IMG/VR virus record: IMGVR_UViG_3300042923_000170
Coordinates: 1-30,373 of that record
Length of the DNA: 30,373 bases
Strand: one strand, 5' to 3'
From: a virus
Lineage: Duplodnaviria; Caudoviricetes
Part shown: in pieces, positions 8,369 through 16,090 of the stretch
Position numbering within the stretch: position 1 is the stretch's first letter
Layout: every line of letters begins with the position of its first letter
Position numbers and translations under genes: made by a program
The notes under the pieces: generated by a model
Seen by the model: the letters and a program-made list of their open reading frames with translations, nothing else
Database searches by the model: none
Told to the model about the DNA's origin: nothing

Positions 8369-8500
8369 CATCTTCACTAAAAATTCCCGGTTGATTATAT
8401 GCGATACGTTGGTTCTCTCATTATCTGCAAGTTTTTGAATGAATTCCAGTACGTCTTTATCAATACTGACTGACGTTTTAACCTTCTCTACCTTCTCCAA
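8354..8500 (-). CDS. Ribbon-helix-helix (CopG/Arc-like) DNA-binding protein, 48 aa
   Basis: GAGGTGA RBS, TTG start; MEKVEKVKTSVSIDKDVLEFIQKLADNERTNVSHIINREFLVKMREGK. Absent from ORF track. Confidence 0.8.
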   Translation of the reverse strand: MEKVEKVKTSVSIDKDVLEFIQKLADNERTNVSHIINREFLVKMREGK

Positions 8501-8518
8501 ATCGGCTCACCTCAAGCG

Positions 8519-8590
8519 AAGTATACCACGAAAGAATAATTCTTATACTTATTTACCACAAAGTATTACAATATACCACGAAGTATGATA
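8519..8590. promoter_or_regulatory. Divergent control region with three TACCAC-R-AA repeats
   Basis: TACCACG 8524, TACCACA 8554, TACCACG 8574. On the minus strand two read as extended -10 boxes (TGgTATACT, TGgTATATT). Confidence 0.6.
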
Positions 8591-8623
8591 GAGTGATGAA
8601 TATAAACATTGGAGGTTGAGGTC

Positions 8624-8812
8624 ATGACAAAGTATTTCTACCACGCATGGACTTCCGAGGAAGAAAAGACCCTCGACAAGATCATGAACGAAGGATTGAA
8701 GGATAGGAAAAAGACGACTGAGCTGTTCCGAGAAGCATCCGTTAAGTTAAGCCGCACGATGTATTCCTGCCAGAACAGATGGTACGACATTAAAAGCCGC
8801 AAGGCGGTGTGA
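8624..8812 (+). CDS. RsfA-like Myb/SANT-domain transcription regulator
   Basis: AWTSEEEKTL...FREASVKLSRTMYSCQNRW matches the RsfA N-terminal pattern (AWT..E....L.RT...C..RW). Confidence 0.7.
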   Translation: MTKYFYHAWTSEEEKTLDKIMNEGLKDRKKTTELFREASVKLSRTMYSCQNRWYDIKSRKAV

Positions 8813-8815
8813 GGA

Positions 8816-9619
8816 ATGTCCGAGAGAAAACCAATATCTAAGAAAGTTCGTTTTGAAGTGTTCAAGCGAGATTCATTCAAGTGTCAGTATTGCGGTAAGT
8901 CAGCGCCTGACGTAATTCTCAACGTCGATCACATTAAGCCCGTAGCTGCCGGAGGAAACAACGGCATGACCAACCTGTTAACCTCGTGCTTCGACTGTAA
9001 TTCAGGTAAGAAAGCTACCTTGCTGGATGACAATACGATGATGGAGAAACAAAAGAAGCAGTTGCAGGAGTTAAACGAAAAGAGATTACAGCTAGAAATG
9101 ATGATGCAATGGCGCGAAGGATTAATGTCGATCGAAGAAGACAAGCTAAATTTCGCATTGAAAAAGTGGTCAGACGTTTTGAACGATACTTATTCTCTAA
9201 ACGAGAACGGTAAGAAGGGAATGCGAAAGTTATTAAAAAAACACGGACTAAACAGTGTTTTGGATGCAATAGAAACGTCGGCCAGTCAGTATCTAAAATT
9301 CAAAGATGATAAGCCGATTCAATCATCAGTTGAAGAAGCTTGGAAGAAAGTAGAACGAATTCTATCTTTCAACCAGGCTGCCGAAAAAAAACCATACTTA
9401 AAAGATTTGTATTATCTACGGGGAATACTCAAAAACAGATTGCATTATGTAAATCCTCACATTGCAATCTCTTTATACGAAAAAGCGTACTTGCTTGGCG
9501 CATCAAAAGATAGTTTAACGTCATTCTCTAAAAGCGTTAAAAATTGGACTGATTTTCAGTTCGAAATGGAAAGATTCATTAATGATCACGAAGGTAAGGG
9601 TGATTCAGATGAGTCGTAA
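8816..9619 (+). CDS. HNH endonuclease with long helical C-terminal region
   Basis: RFEVFKRDSFKCQYCG...VDHIKPVAAGGNNGMTNLLTSCFDCNSGK. Confidence 0.9.
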   Translation: MSERKPISKKVRFEVFKRDSFKCQYCGKSAPDVILNVDHIKPVAAGGNNGMTNLLTSCFDCNSGKKATLLDDNTMMEKQKKQLQELNEKRLQLEMMMQWREGLMSIEEDKLNFALKKWSDVLNDTYSLNENGKKGMRKLLKKHGLNSVLDAIETSASQYLKFKDDKPIQSSVEEAWKKVERILSFNQAAEKKPYLKDLYYLRGILKNRLHYVNPHIAISLYEKAYLLGASKDSLTSFSKSVKNWTDFQFEMERFINDHEGKGDSDES

Positions 9620-10442
9620 ACGTTACATCAGTACTGATATTAGTACTGACATTAAACTCGCTGAACTATCGGAGCACGGAATTCTCCCTTTGCTCCTTTA
9701 CACATGGTCAATACCACACATGGATGATTGGGGTCGAATGACAGGTGACGCAAGGCAATTCAAATTACTTGTGTGTCCAGCATTGGATGTGTCGAGTAAG
9801 GATGTTGACGAAGCGATTAATCAAGTAGCTGCCGTAGGTCTATGGATTAGATATGAGGTTGATGGTAAAGGCGTTGTATCCATTCCTGAAGATAGTTGGT
9901 TTAAGCATCAATCGTACATTAACAAAGCGAAACGCGGTGATGATAGTGGTTCCAACTACCCAAAAACGCCGAAGAACGCCGAAGAACGCCGAGAATCACC
10001 GCAAAACCCCGTTTCTTTTTCTCTTTCTTCTTCTGTTTCTTCTTCTGTTTCTGTTTCAAGTGATACTACTGCTCCTGCGCCTAACCCGTTCAAACTTTTC
10101 GAATCTGAGGGATTCGGAATGCTGACGGAAATATTGGGTCAGAAGATCGGAGACATGATTGACGACTTCGGAGAACCTTGGGTGCGAGAAGCAATGAAGG
10201 AAGCATCTTATTACGGAAAGCGGAATCTTCCATACGTTAAAAGCATTTTGAATCGCTATAGAACAAGCGGAATAGACGAACCTTGGAAACAAGAAAAGGC
10301 AGGTGAACAAAATGGGGGAACTAAAGAATCCCTTCGACAAGGAGAAAGCGCTGGAGATGATAAACAAACTCCGGGCGGCAAGTCAGGAGTTCTCCCAAGC
10401 AAATACATTCACCTCCTCAAAGACGACTCACAAGTGTCCTAA
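9609..10442 (+). CDS. Phage replication initiator with C-terminal DnaD domain
   Basis: NPFKLFESEGFG...WVREAMKEA...RNLPYVKSILNRY DnaD-like domain; precedes DnaC; contains internal iterons. Confidence 0.85.
   Translation: MSRKRYISTDISTDIKLAELSEHGILPLLLYTWSIPHMDDWGRMTGDARQFKLLVCPALDVSSKDVDEAINQVAAVGLWIRYEVDGKGVVSIPEDSWFKHQSYINKAKRGDDSGSNYPKTPKNAEERRESPQNPVSFSLSSSVSSSVSVSSDTTAPAPNPFKLFESEGFGMLTEILGQKIGDMIDDFGEPWVREAMKEASYYGKRNLPYVKSILNRYRTSGIDEPWKQEKAGEQNGGTKESLRQGESAGDDKQTPGGKSGVLPSKYIHLLKDDSQVS
9965..10057 (+). repeat. Putative replication origin: 10 bp iterons plus pyrimidine tract
   Basis: AACGCCGAAG x2 then AACGCCGAGA in tandem, followed by TTTCTTCTTCTG repeats, inside the initiator gene as in lambdoid origins. 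Confidence 0.65.
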
Positions 10443-11160
10443 ATGCAAGGACGAAGAAGGTTATATCGTAAAAGTCCCGGATATCATCGTTCGCAACGGC
10501 GAAACATTGGAGATCATGCGAGACGCTTGGAAGTTCTGCGAATGCAAAGAGGAAAGAAGCATCGAGCGGACATTTAAGACAAGCAAGATCACGTTAGAGT
10601 TCCAAAAGAAGAATTTCGACGCATTCAGCCTAGAGAATCGACCTGCAAGCATCCGACAGGCATACCAGATGGCGCGGATATACGCCAACGGGTTCGACAA
10701 GATAAGAGAAACACGTTCAAACAGCATTTGTATGCTCGGAAATGTCGGAAGTGGAAAGACTCATCTCCTCGCTGCGGTCGCTAATGACCTAATGAGTCTG
10801 AACATCAAGGTGCTGTACTTCCCATGGGTCGAGGGATTCAACGAGATTAAAGACGACTTATCCCTAACGGAAGAACGGATAAACCGAATGCAGAAGGTTG
10901 ACTTACTTTTCATCGACGACATGTGGAAAGGCAGAAAGGAACCGACTCCATTCCAGATCGAACAAGCCTTTGCGGTGATCAACTATCGGTACATGGAAAA
11001 GCTACCTGTCCTGATATCGAGCGAACGGGACATAGACCAAATGTGCGACATTGACGAAGCCATTGGGAGCCGCATAAACGAGATGTGCAAGGACTTCCGC
11101 ATCATCCTGAAAGGCGGCAGGGAAATGAACTACAGGCTCAGAGAGGACGAAGGAGCATGA
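10312..11160 (+). CDS. DnaC/IstB-like AAA+ helicase loader
   Basis: CPKC...CEC Zn site; GNVGSGKT Walker A; LLFIDD Walker B; IGSRI. Confidence 0.92.
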   Translation: MGELKNPFDKEKALEMINKLRAASQEFSQANTFTSSKTTHKCPKCKDEEGYIVKVPDIIVRNGETLEIMRDAWKFCECKEERSIERTFKTSKITLEFQKKNFDAFSLENRPASIRQAYQMARIYANGFDKIRETRSNSICMLGNVGSGKTHLLAAVANDLMSLNIKVLYFPWVEGFNEIKDDLSLTEERINRMQKVDLLFIDDMWKGRKEPTPFQIEQAFAVINYRYMEKLPVLISSERDIDQMCDIDEAIGSRINEMCKDFRIILKGGREMNYRLREDEGA

Positions 11161-11321
11161 CAGTCAGAGTGATGTGTACGTGCAACCACAATGACTTTAT
11201 CGACATGATGTGCCGTCACTGCCTGTTTATGATCATTTATGTTTCCGGTGAAATGATTAAAGAAGATGAGTCATACCGAAGCGTTTACGACCTAGCCAAT
11301 CGACTAATGGAGGATAGATAA
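11157..11321 (+). CDS. 54 aa Cys-containing hypothetical protein
   Basis: ATGA coupling; CTC...CRHC. Confidence 0.55.
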   Translation: MTVRVMCTCNHNDFIDMMCRHCLFMIIYVSGEMIKEDESYRSVYDLANRLMEDR

Positions 11322-11323
11322 GC

Positions 11324-11596
11324 ATGAGGACACTATACAAGAAATTCAAAGAGATAACCGGAATTCGTGGTGCAGACTTGGCAGAAGTTAATAACTTTAC
11401 ACGGCAGTATATAAGCCTTATTGCAAACAATCCAAACAAAATGAATGTCATAAGATTAGCAACCATGATGAAAGATGCAATAAGACATGAGATAGAAAAA
11501 GAAGAAGAAGCGCACGAACTGAAAATGAGATCACTTCGACAATTGCGCAATGAAATCGATGTGAAGTTACTCATGGAAGATGAGGTGTCAGCATGA
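11324..11596 (+). CDS. Putative HTH DNA-binding protein
   Basis: GIRGADLAEVNNFTRQYISL HTH-like segment; GGAGG RBS. Confidence 0.65.
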   Translation: MRTLYKKFKEITGIRGADLAEVNNFTRQYISLIANNPNKMNVIRLATMMKDAIRHEIEKEEEAHELKMRSLRQLRNEIDVKLLMEDEVSA

Positions 11597-11709
11597 GACA
11601 ACCGCAACCCGACGACGATTACACATTAGCAGATCGAGACTTTGATGAATTCATAAGGCGTGGCTTGGACGAGTTGGAATGGGAGCGTAAGCAGAGAGCG
11701 GAGGAATAG
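11593..11709 (+). CDS. 38 aa hypothetical protein (paralog 1)
   Basis: GAGGTG RBS; MRQPQPDDDYTLADRDFDEFIRRGLDELEWERKQRAEE. Confidence 0.65.
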   Translation: MRQPQPDDDYTLADRDFDEFIRRGLDELEWERKQRAEE

Positions 11710-11711
11710 AA

Positions 11712-11855
11712 TTGTACGAATGTTGGGAGTGCAAAGAAAACGATGTGCCAGATGATAACGTGCAAATGTGTTGTGACGGATATATGTGCGGGTGCATGGG
11801 TAAACCCGTTGAGCCTCCAATATGTGATGAATGTCTTGAGAAATTAAGCGTGTAA
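11712..11855 (+). CDS. 47 aa Cys-rich protein
   Basis: GGAGG RBS, TTG start; MYECWECK...MCCDGYMCGCMGKPVEPPICDECL (8 Cys). Confidence 0.65.
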   Translation: MYECWECKENDVPDDNVQMCCDGYMCGCMGKPVEPPICDECLEKLSV

Positions 11856-11898
11856 CGCCATCGAATCGACCGCAATACACAGCGAAGCGGAAGCCGTA
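11848..11898 (+). repeat. Dispersed junction element copy D
   Basis: GCGT-GTA-ACGC-CATCG-aat-CGACCGCAAT-acacagcgaagcgg-AAGCCGTA. Confidence 0.85.
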
Positions 11899-11904
11899 AC
11901 AGGG

Positions 11905-11994
11905 TTGAATTATTTAGCAGATAGGGACTTCGAAGAGTTTATAAGGATCGGACAAGCTGAATTGGAGTGGGAGAGAAAGCAACGGGAGGAATAG
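11905..11994 (+). pseudogene. Truncated paralog 2 of the 38 aa ORF
   Basis: LNYLADRDFEEFIRIGQAELEWERKQREE; weak RBS; begins just after element D. Confidence 0.5.
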
Positions 11995-11997
11995 AAA

Positions 11998-12087
11998 ATG
12001 GATAGCGAAGTTTCCTTGGTTGTGATAGTCATACAGAATTTTATCATCATCCTATTTCTATCTATGATTCATTCAAAAAGAGGTTAA
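11998..12087 (+). CDS. 29 aa hydrophobic peptide
   Basis: GGAGG RBS; MDSEVSLVVIVIQNFIIILFLSMIHSKRG. Confidence 0.55.
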   Translation: MDSEVSLVVIVIQNFIIILFLSMIHSKRG

Positions 12088-12115
12088 CGAAAATACCAAA
12101 GTGAGGGGTAAGGGA

Positions 12116-12640
12116 ATGACGCTACTAGCAAACAAAACGAATTTCAACCAAGGCGTATTTTTCAGCATCGAGAACACGACAGAAGTGTGGGAAACGCCGC
12201 AGGACTTCTACGATAACTTAGATAAATTATTCCACTTCACTCTGGATGTATGTGCGGATCCGACGAATGCAAAAGCAGAAACATTCTTCACGAAAGAAGA
12301 AGACGGTCTATCGCAAAAATGGACTCGTAACGTTTGGATGAATCCTCCTTATGGTCGCGTGATAGGAAAGTGGATCCGCAAGGCATACGAGGAAACGCAA
12401 AACGGAAATGTAGATGTCGCGGTGTGCTTAGTCCCATCCCGCACTTGTTCGGCTTGGTGGCATGACTACTGCATGAAAGGCGAAGTTTGGTTCATACGCC
12501 ATCGTTTGCGGTTCGGTGGATCCAAGATAAACGCACCATTTCCAAACGCTGTCGTCATATTTCGCAAAGGCGAGATTAAACATTCGTTCACCACGATAGA
12601 CCGTCATGGAAATTTTGTGCTAAAGGGTGAATCTGCGTGA
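12116..12640 (+). CDS. Phage DNA N6-adenine methyltransferase (Dam-like)
   Basis: WETPQ, FTLDVCA, EDGLSQKW, VWMNPPY, RLRFG and APFP motifs. Confidence 0.92.
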   Translation: MTLLANKTNFNQGVFFSIENTTEVWETPQDFYDNLDKLFHFTLDVCADPTNAKAETFFTKEEDGLSQKWTRNVWMNPPYGRVIGKWIRKAYEETQNGNVDVAVCLVPSRTCSAWWHDYCMKGEVWFIRHRLRFGGSKINAPFPNAVVIFRKGEIKHSFTTIDRHGNFVLKGESA

Positions 12641-12864
12641 ACGATAGGAACTGTAGGACATGCATCTGGCATCATTCGGAAAACAAAACATGGTGTAACA
12701 ACTGTCAGCTTAATAATTTTATACCACAATGGCCTCATGCAGATAACTTTGATTTCTGGCAAGAGAATAAAGAATTTGCGCGTAGCGCCATCGAAACGAC
12801 CGAACAAGCCCAAGCCGAAGGAGGATCTAATGCAAATACTAACAGTAAGCCCCATAACCAATGA
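12637..12864 (+). CDS. Hypothetical Cys-containing protein
   Basis: CRTC...CNNC; GTGA coupling; 3' end reads through element E. Confidence 0.55.
   Translation: MNDRNCRTCIWHHSENKTWCNNCQLNNFIPQWPHADNFDFWQENKEFARSAIETTEQAQAEGGSNANTNSKPHNQ
12778..12817 (+). repeat. Dispersed junction element copy E
   Basis: GCGC-GTA-GCGC-CATCG-aaa-CGACCGAAC-aagccc-AAGCCG, directly before the AAGGAGG RBS. Confidence 0.85.
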
Positions 12865-13030
12865 AATAAACCTAGCAACAGTAAACAGACGTAACCCAAG
12901 AGTACTAAACGACAAGAAAACAATCATGACCAATCAAGCCATAAACGCAGTCATACAGCACATAAAGGGACAAGGTAATCACATTGAAACAGAGTTTGGG
13001 AAGCTAATATGGGAGCCGAGGGAGGGGTAA
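12830..13030 (+). CDS. Hypothetical protein
   Basis: AAGGAGG RBS before ATG 12830. Confidence 0.7.
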   Translation: MQILTVSPITNEINLATVNRRNPRVLNDKKTIMTNQAINAVIQHIKGQGNHIETEFGKLIWEPREG

Positions 13031-13033
13031 GAG

Positions 13034-13738
13034 GTGAAAATACTAGATTTATTCTGCAAGGCGGGGGGGTGTTCGATGGGATATCACCGCGCAGGGTTCG
13101 AAGTGGTAGGCGTGGATATTGAACCGCAGCCGAATTACCCGTTTAAGTTCATTCAGGCAGACGCCGTTGAGTTCTTGAGAACCGGATCAATGATGATCGC
13201 CACAAACTTTGACGCTATTCACGCTAGTCCACCATGCCAAAGAAACAGCAAGTTGCAAAGTTTAGGCATGGCTAGAAACGGAAGTTACAAGGCAAAGGAA
13301 CATCCGGATTTGATTGATCCGATCAGAAAGTTACTCGTTGAAATGAATACCTGGCACTACATGCCGTATGTGATTGAAAACGTAGAAGGTGCAGAATTAA
13401 TCGATCCCATCAAGTTATGCGGCTTGAACTTCGGACTCAAGGTATACCGGCACAGACTTTTCGAAAGCAATGCGTATCTCATGCAACCGGAACACATCCC
13501 TCACGATGATCAAACGCCGAGCGCCGGGAACGGGATAAGCCCAAAAGGATTCATAAGCGTTTGCGGAACGGGCGGTGTAAAGGGAATGAAGGCGAAGGAG
13601 ATCGTGGACTACTGGAGCATGGCAATGGGCATTGATTGGATGAACCGGGCAGAGCTAGCGCAGGCCATACCGCCAGCATTTACGGAATTCATCGGACAGC
13701 AGCTGATGGAACAACTGAAAGTAAAGGTTTCGGCATGA
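13034..13738 (+). CDS. DNA cytosine-C5 methyltransferase (short phage type)
   Basis: Motif I LDLFCKAGG, motif IV SPPCQ, motif VI IENV, RHRLF, C-terminal AQAIPP. Confidence 0.88.
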   Translation: MKILDLFCKAGGCSMGYHRAGFEVVGVDIEPQPNYPFKFIQADAVEFLRTGSMMIATNFDAIHASPPCQRNSKLQSLGMARNGSYKAKEHPDLIDPIRKLLVEMNTWHYMPYVIENVEGAELIDPIKLCGLNFGLKVYRHRLFESNAYLMQPEHIPHDDQTPSAGNGISPKGFISVCGTGGVKGMKAKEIVDYWSMAMGIDWMNRAELAQAIPPAFTEFIGQQLMEQLKVKVSA

Positions 13739-13754
13739 AAAAGGCGGGAAAATT

Positions 13755-13943
13755 GTGCAAGGGTACATCGGAAAATACTATACAGTTTGGTGCGGACGTT
13801 GTACCAGGTGGGACGATGTCCCTGCAGATAGAAGACCCGAAAAGATTGCTCGTAAGATGGGGTGGAAGTCATCTAAAGAATACGGATGGTTGTGTCCTAA
13901 TTGTGTAAACGGAAATACAAACGAATGGGAACTAAGAACTTAA
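13755..13943 (+). CDS. Small Zn-ribbon protein
   Basis: CGRC...CPNC; ends just before element F. Confidence 0.65.
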   Translation: MQGYIGKYYTVWCGRCTRWDDVPADRRPEKIARKMGWKSSKEYGWLCPNCVNGNTNEWELRT

Positions 13944-13949
13944 CGCACT

Positions 13950-13990
13950 GCATCGACCCGACCGCAATACTCAGCGCAGCGGAGGCCGTA
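13950..13990 (+). repeat. Dispersed junction element copy F
   Basis: gCATCG-acc-CGACCGCAAT-actcagcgcagcgg-AGGCCGTA. Confidence 0.85.
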
Positions 13991-14016
13991 AATATGATCC
14001 CAAAGGAGATAAAACA

Positions 14017-14364
14017 ATGTTAAAGCGAGAAGATATCCTATCCATGGTGCCGGGAAGAGAGTTAGACGCGCTAGTCGCTGAAAAGGTGATGGGATGGAAA
14101 TATAAACGAATGACCGGCTATAAAGAGGATGCGTTCGAATCAAGTGATTTAAAACTAGTATTCGTTAGTGATTGGACACCGTCCTCCTACATACACTTGG
14201 CCTGGAAAGTGTTTGAAAAGGGAGATTTCGATAAAGAAAAATCAAGCATCGTTCATGGAAGCATGGGCCAATGGACTTGTCACTTCGACGATGTATCGTC
14301 CAACGCTTGCTCAACGGCTCCACTCGCGATTTGCAGAGCCGCACTACTGGCGGTGATGGAATGA
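14017..14364 (+). CDS. Phage ABA-sandwich-domain-like protein
   Basis: GRELDALVAEKVMGW...AWKVFEK...APLAICRAALLA. Confidence 0.75.
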   Translation: MLKREDILSMVPGRELDALVAEKVMGWKYKRMTGYKEDAFESSDLKLVFVSDWTPSSYIHLAWKVFEKGDFDKEKSSIVHGSMGQWTCHFDDVSSNACSTAPLAICRAALLAVME

Positions 14365-14492
14365 AACTCTCCAAATACAGCAAACCAGTACCCAACAGAA
14401 AGATATTCCACGAGCCCGCCAATAGTCCCGTAACCTCATATCGCATGACGAAAGATGAAATGGATAAACACCTGAAAGGGGCAGGAGGGTGA
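14361..14492 (+). CDS. 43 aa hypothetical protein
   Basis: ATGA coupling. Confidence 0.5.
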   Translation: MKLSKYSKPVPNRKIFHEPANSPVTSYRMTKDEMDKHLKGAGG

Positions 14493-14656
14493 CAGCAAAG
14501 TGGAACATAAGAATCGGTAACCACATGTACAAGCGCAATATATCCCTAAACTACGCCTATGAGATAGCAGAACAGTTACAGGATGAAGTATTAGGGATAC
14601 AAATCCATCAAAGCATTGAAGCCAGAGAGGCGCGAAGGAGTGTTGAGGCGGGATGA
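14489..14656 (+). CDS. 55 aa hypothetical protein
   Basis: GTGA and ATGA coupling on both sides; fills the gap to recU. Confidence 0.5.
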   Translation: MTAKWNIRIGNHMYKRNISLNYAYEIAEQLQDEVLGIQIHQSIEAREARRSVEAG

Positions 14657-15246
14657 AAGTTACCGAAGAGGAATTTGCAAAGATAACCAATACACCAAAG
14701 CCGAAGAAGCCGAGAAAAGGGAACCAAGCCAACAAGGGAATGGGTTTAGAAAAACTTATCATAACAGCGTGTGAACAATACGAATCAAAGGGAATAGCCA
14801 ACATTAAGAAAGTATCAACGCCATGGACAGTTATTCGCAAAGGGCCGAGAATCGTTAACGCTTTTCCATCCGGTCAAAGCACGGTCGATTTCATGGGTGA
14901 ATACAAAGGACAAGCGATCTGCTTTGAAGCTAAGAAAACAGAGAATAAAACATCATTCCCTTTATCGAACTTCGAGGATCATCAAATTGAGTTTATGCGG
15001 AACTGGAAAGGAATCAAGTTTGCAATCATCGAGTTTGAAACACACAAGAAAGTTTACTTCCTACCCTTCAAACAACTTATAACCGCTTGGGATAACTCGA
15101 AGGACGGAGAAAGAAAGAGTATTCCTTATCAATGGTTCATCGATTGGGGAGAAGAGATCGAACAGGGTAACGGAGTGATGTTGGACTTTGTGTACTGGGT
15201 AGATCAGTACATCGATACGAACATGATAAGGGAGTTGAGTGCATGA
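14653..15246 (+). CDS. recU: Holliday junction resolvase RecU
   Basis: ANKGMGLE...KVSTP...STVDFMG...ICFEAKKT...FPLSNFEDHQ...RKSIPY. Confidence 0.92.
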   Translation: MKVTEEEFAKITNTPKPKKPRKGNQANKGMGLEKLIITACEQYESKGIANIKKVSTPWTVIRKGPRIVNAFPSGQSTVDFMGEYKGQAICFEAKKTENKTSFPLSNFEDHQIEFMRNWKGIKFAIIEFETHKKVYFLPFKQLITAWDNSKDGERKSIPYQWFIDWGEEIEQGNGVMLDFVYWVDQYIDTNMIRELSA

Positions 15247-15395
15247 GCGACAAAGAGAGCCTAATCGACGAAAGAACACGGTTAACCGAGCGATTGAAAC
15301 TGATCAACGTAAACTCGCCGGGCAGAGATCGAATCATCGAACGAATCGAGGCAATCGATCAGGAATTGGACAAGGTTAAAAATCAAGCTGTTTGA
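15243..15395 (+). CDS. 50 aa hypothetical protein
   Basis: ATGA coupling, GGGAG RBS. Confidence 0.6.
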   Translation: MSDKESLIDERTRLTERLKLINVNSPGRDRIIERIEAIDQELDKVKNQAV

Positions 15396-15492
15396 GCGTA
15401 ATTTGTGCCTCTCTAGTAGAATGTTCCAATCACTAGGCTAAAGAGGCTCAGAAGGGCGTACAGAGCGTTACAACACTATTAGGAGGGTTACC

Positions 15493-15942
15493 ATGAGTAG
15501 GGAGATTAAGTTTAGAGCGTGGAGTAAGTTTCGTGAAGAAATGGTAGACGTAAGAGGGCTTGCTATTTCTGATCTAGGAGAACAGTTCGACTTGGTAGAT
15601 GATAGCACACTTGGACAACTGGCTTCGCATGACTGGAACGATTTAGATAATTACGTTCTAATGCAATACACCGGACTAAAAGATAAGAACGGTAAGGAGA
15701 TTTGGGAAAAAGACAGATTCAAACACGGGAAAGCAGTGGGCACGATTGAATACAACGAAGATAGGTTTGAAATTGTTTGGGACAAGCCAGATGTTGAGTT
15801 TTTCAATGAAATTCTAAGGTTCCATGTAGGAAAAGGAGAGGTCATAGGCAACATATACGAGGAGGTGAGTAAGGATGAAGATACCACCAGTAGGGAAAGT
15901 AGTCCCGATGAAGCCGAAGACAAAACGTCCGCAGCCGAGTGA
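15493..15942 (+). CDS. YopX-family protein
   Basis: REIKFRAW...LMQYTGLKDKNGKEIWE...EVIGNIYE. Confidence 0.92.
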   Translation: MSREIKFRAWSKFREEMVDVRGLAISDLGEQFDLVDDSTLGQLASHDWNDLDNYVLMQYTGLKDKNGKEIWEKDRFKHGKAVGTIEYNEDRFEIVWDKPDVEFFNEILRFHVGKGEVIGNIYEEVSKDEDTTSRESSPDEAEDKTSAAE

Positions 15943-15979
15943 TTTCAAGCCTTGGAAACCGCCCGATGGCGCGGCATAA
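15875..15979 (+). CDS. 34 aa Pro/Lys-rich micro-ORF
   Basis: GGAGGTGA RBS; MKIPPVGKVVPMKPKTKRPQPSDFKPWKPPDGAA. Confidence 0.5.
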   Translation: MKIPPVGKVVPMKPKTKRPQPSDFKPWKPPDGAA

Positions 15980-16003
15980 AAACGCAATATATAGCGAATA
16001 ACC

Positions 16004-16032
16004 TTTTAAAATATCACAATATGTGGTATAAT
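16004..16032 (+). promoter_or_regulatory. sigmaA promoter with extended -10
   Basis: TGTGGTATAAT (16022-16032) in an AT-rich gap; imperfect palindrome ATATCACA-ATA-TGTGGTAT overlaps it. Confidence 0.7.
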
Positions 16033-16090
16033 ATCAATAGAAATTTGAATATTCGGAATGTTGAAATAATAACCCTTGGGAGCGTGCAGA

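Noticed and set aside
13636-13908. 90 aa alternative-frame ORF
   Set aside because: Overlaps the methyltransferase and the better-supported Zn-ribbon ORF 13755-13943.
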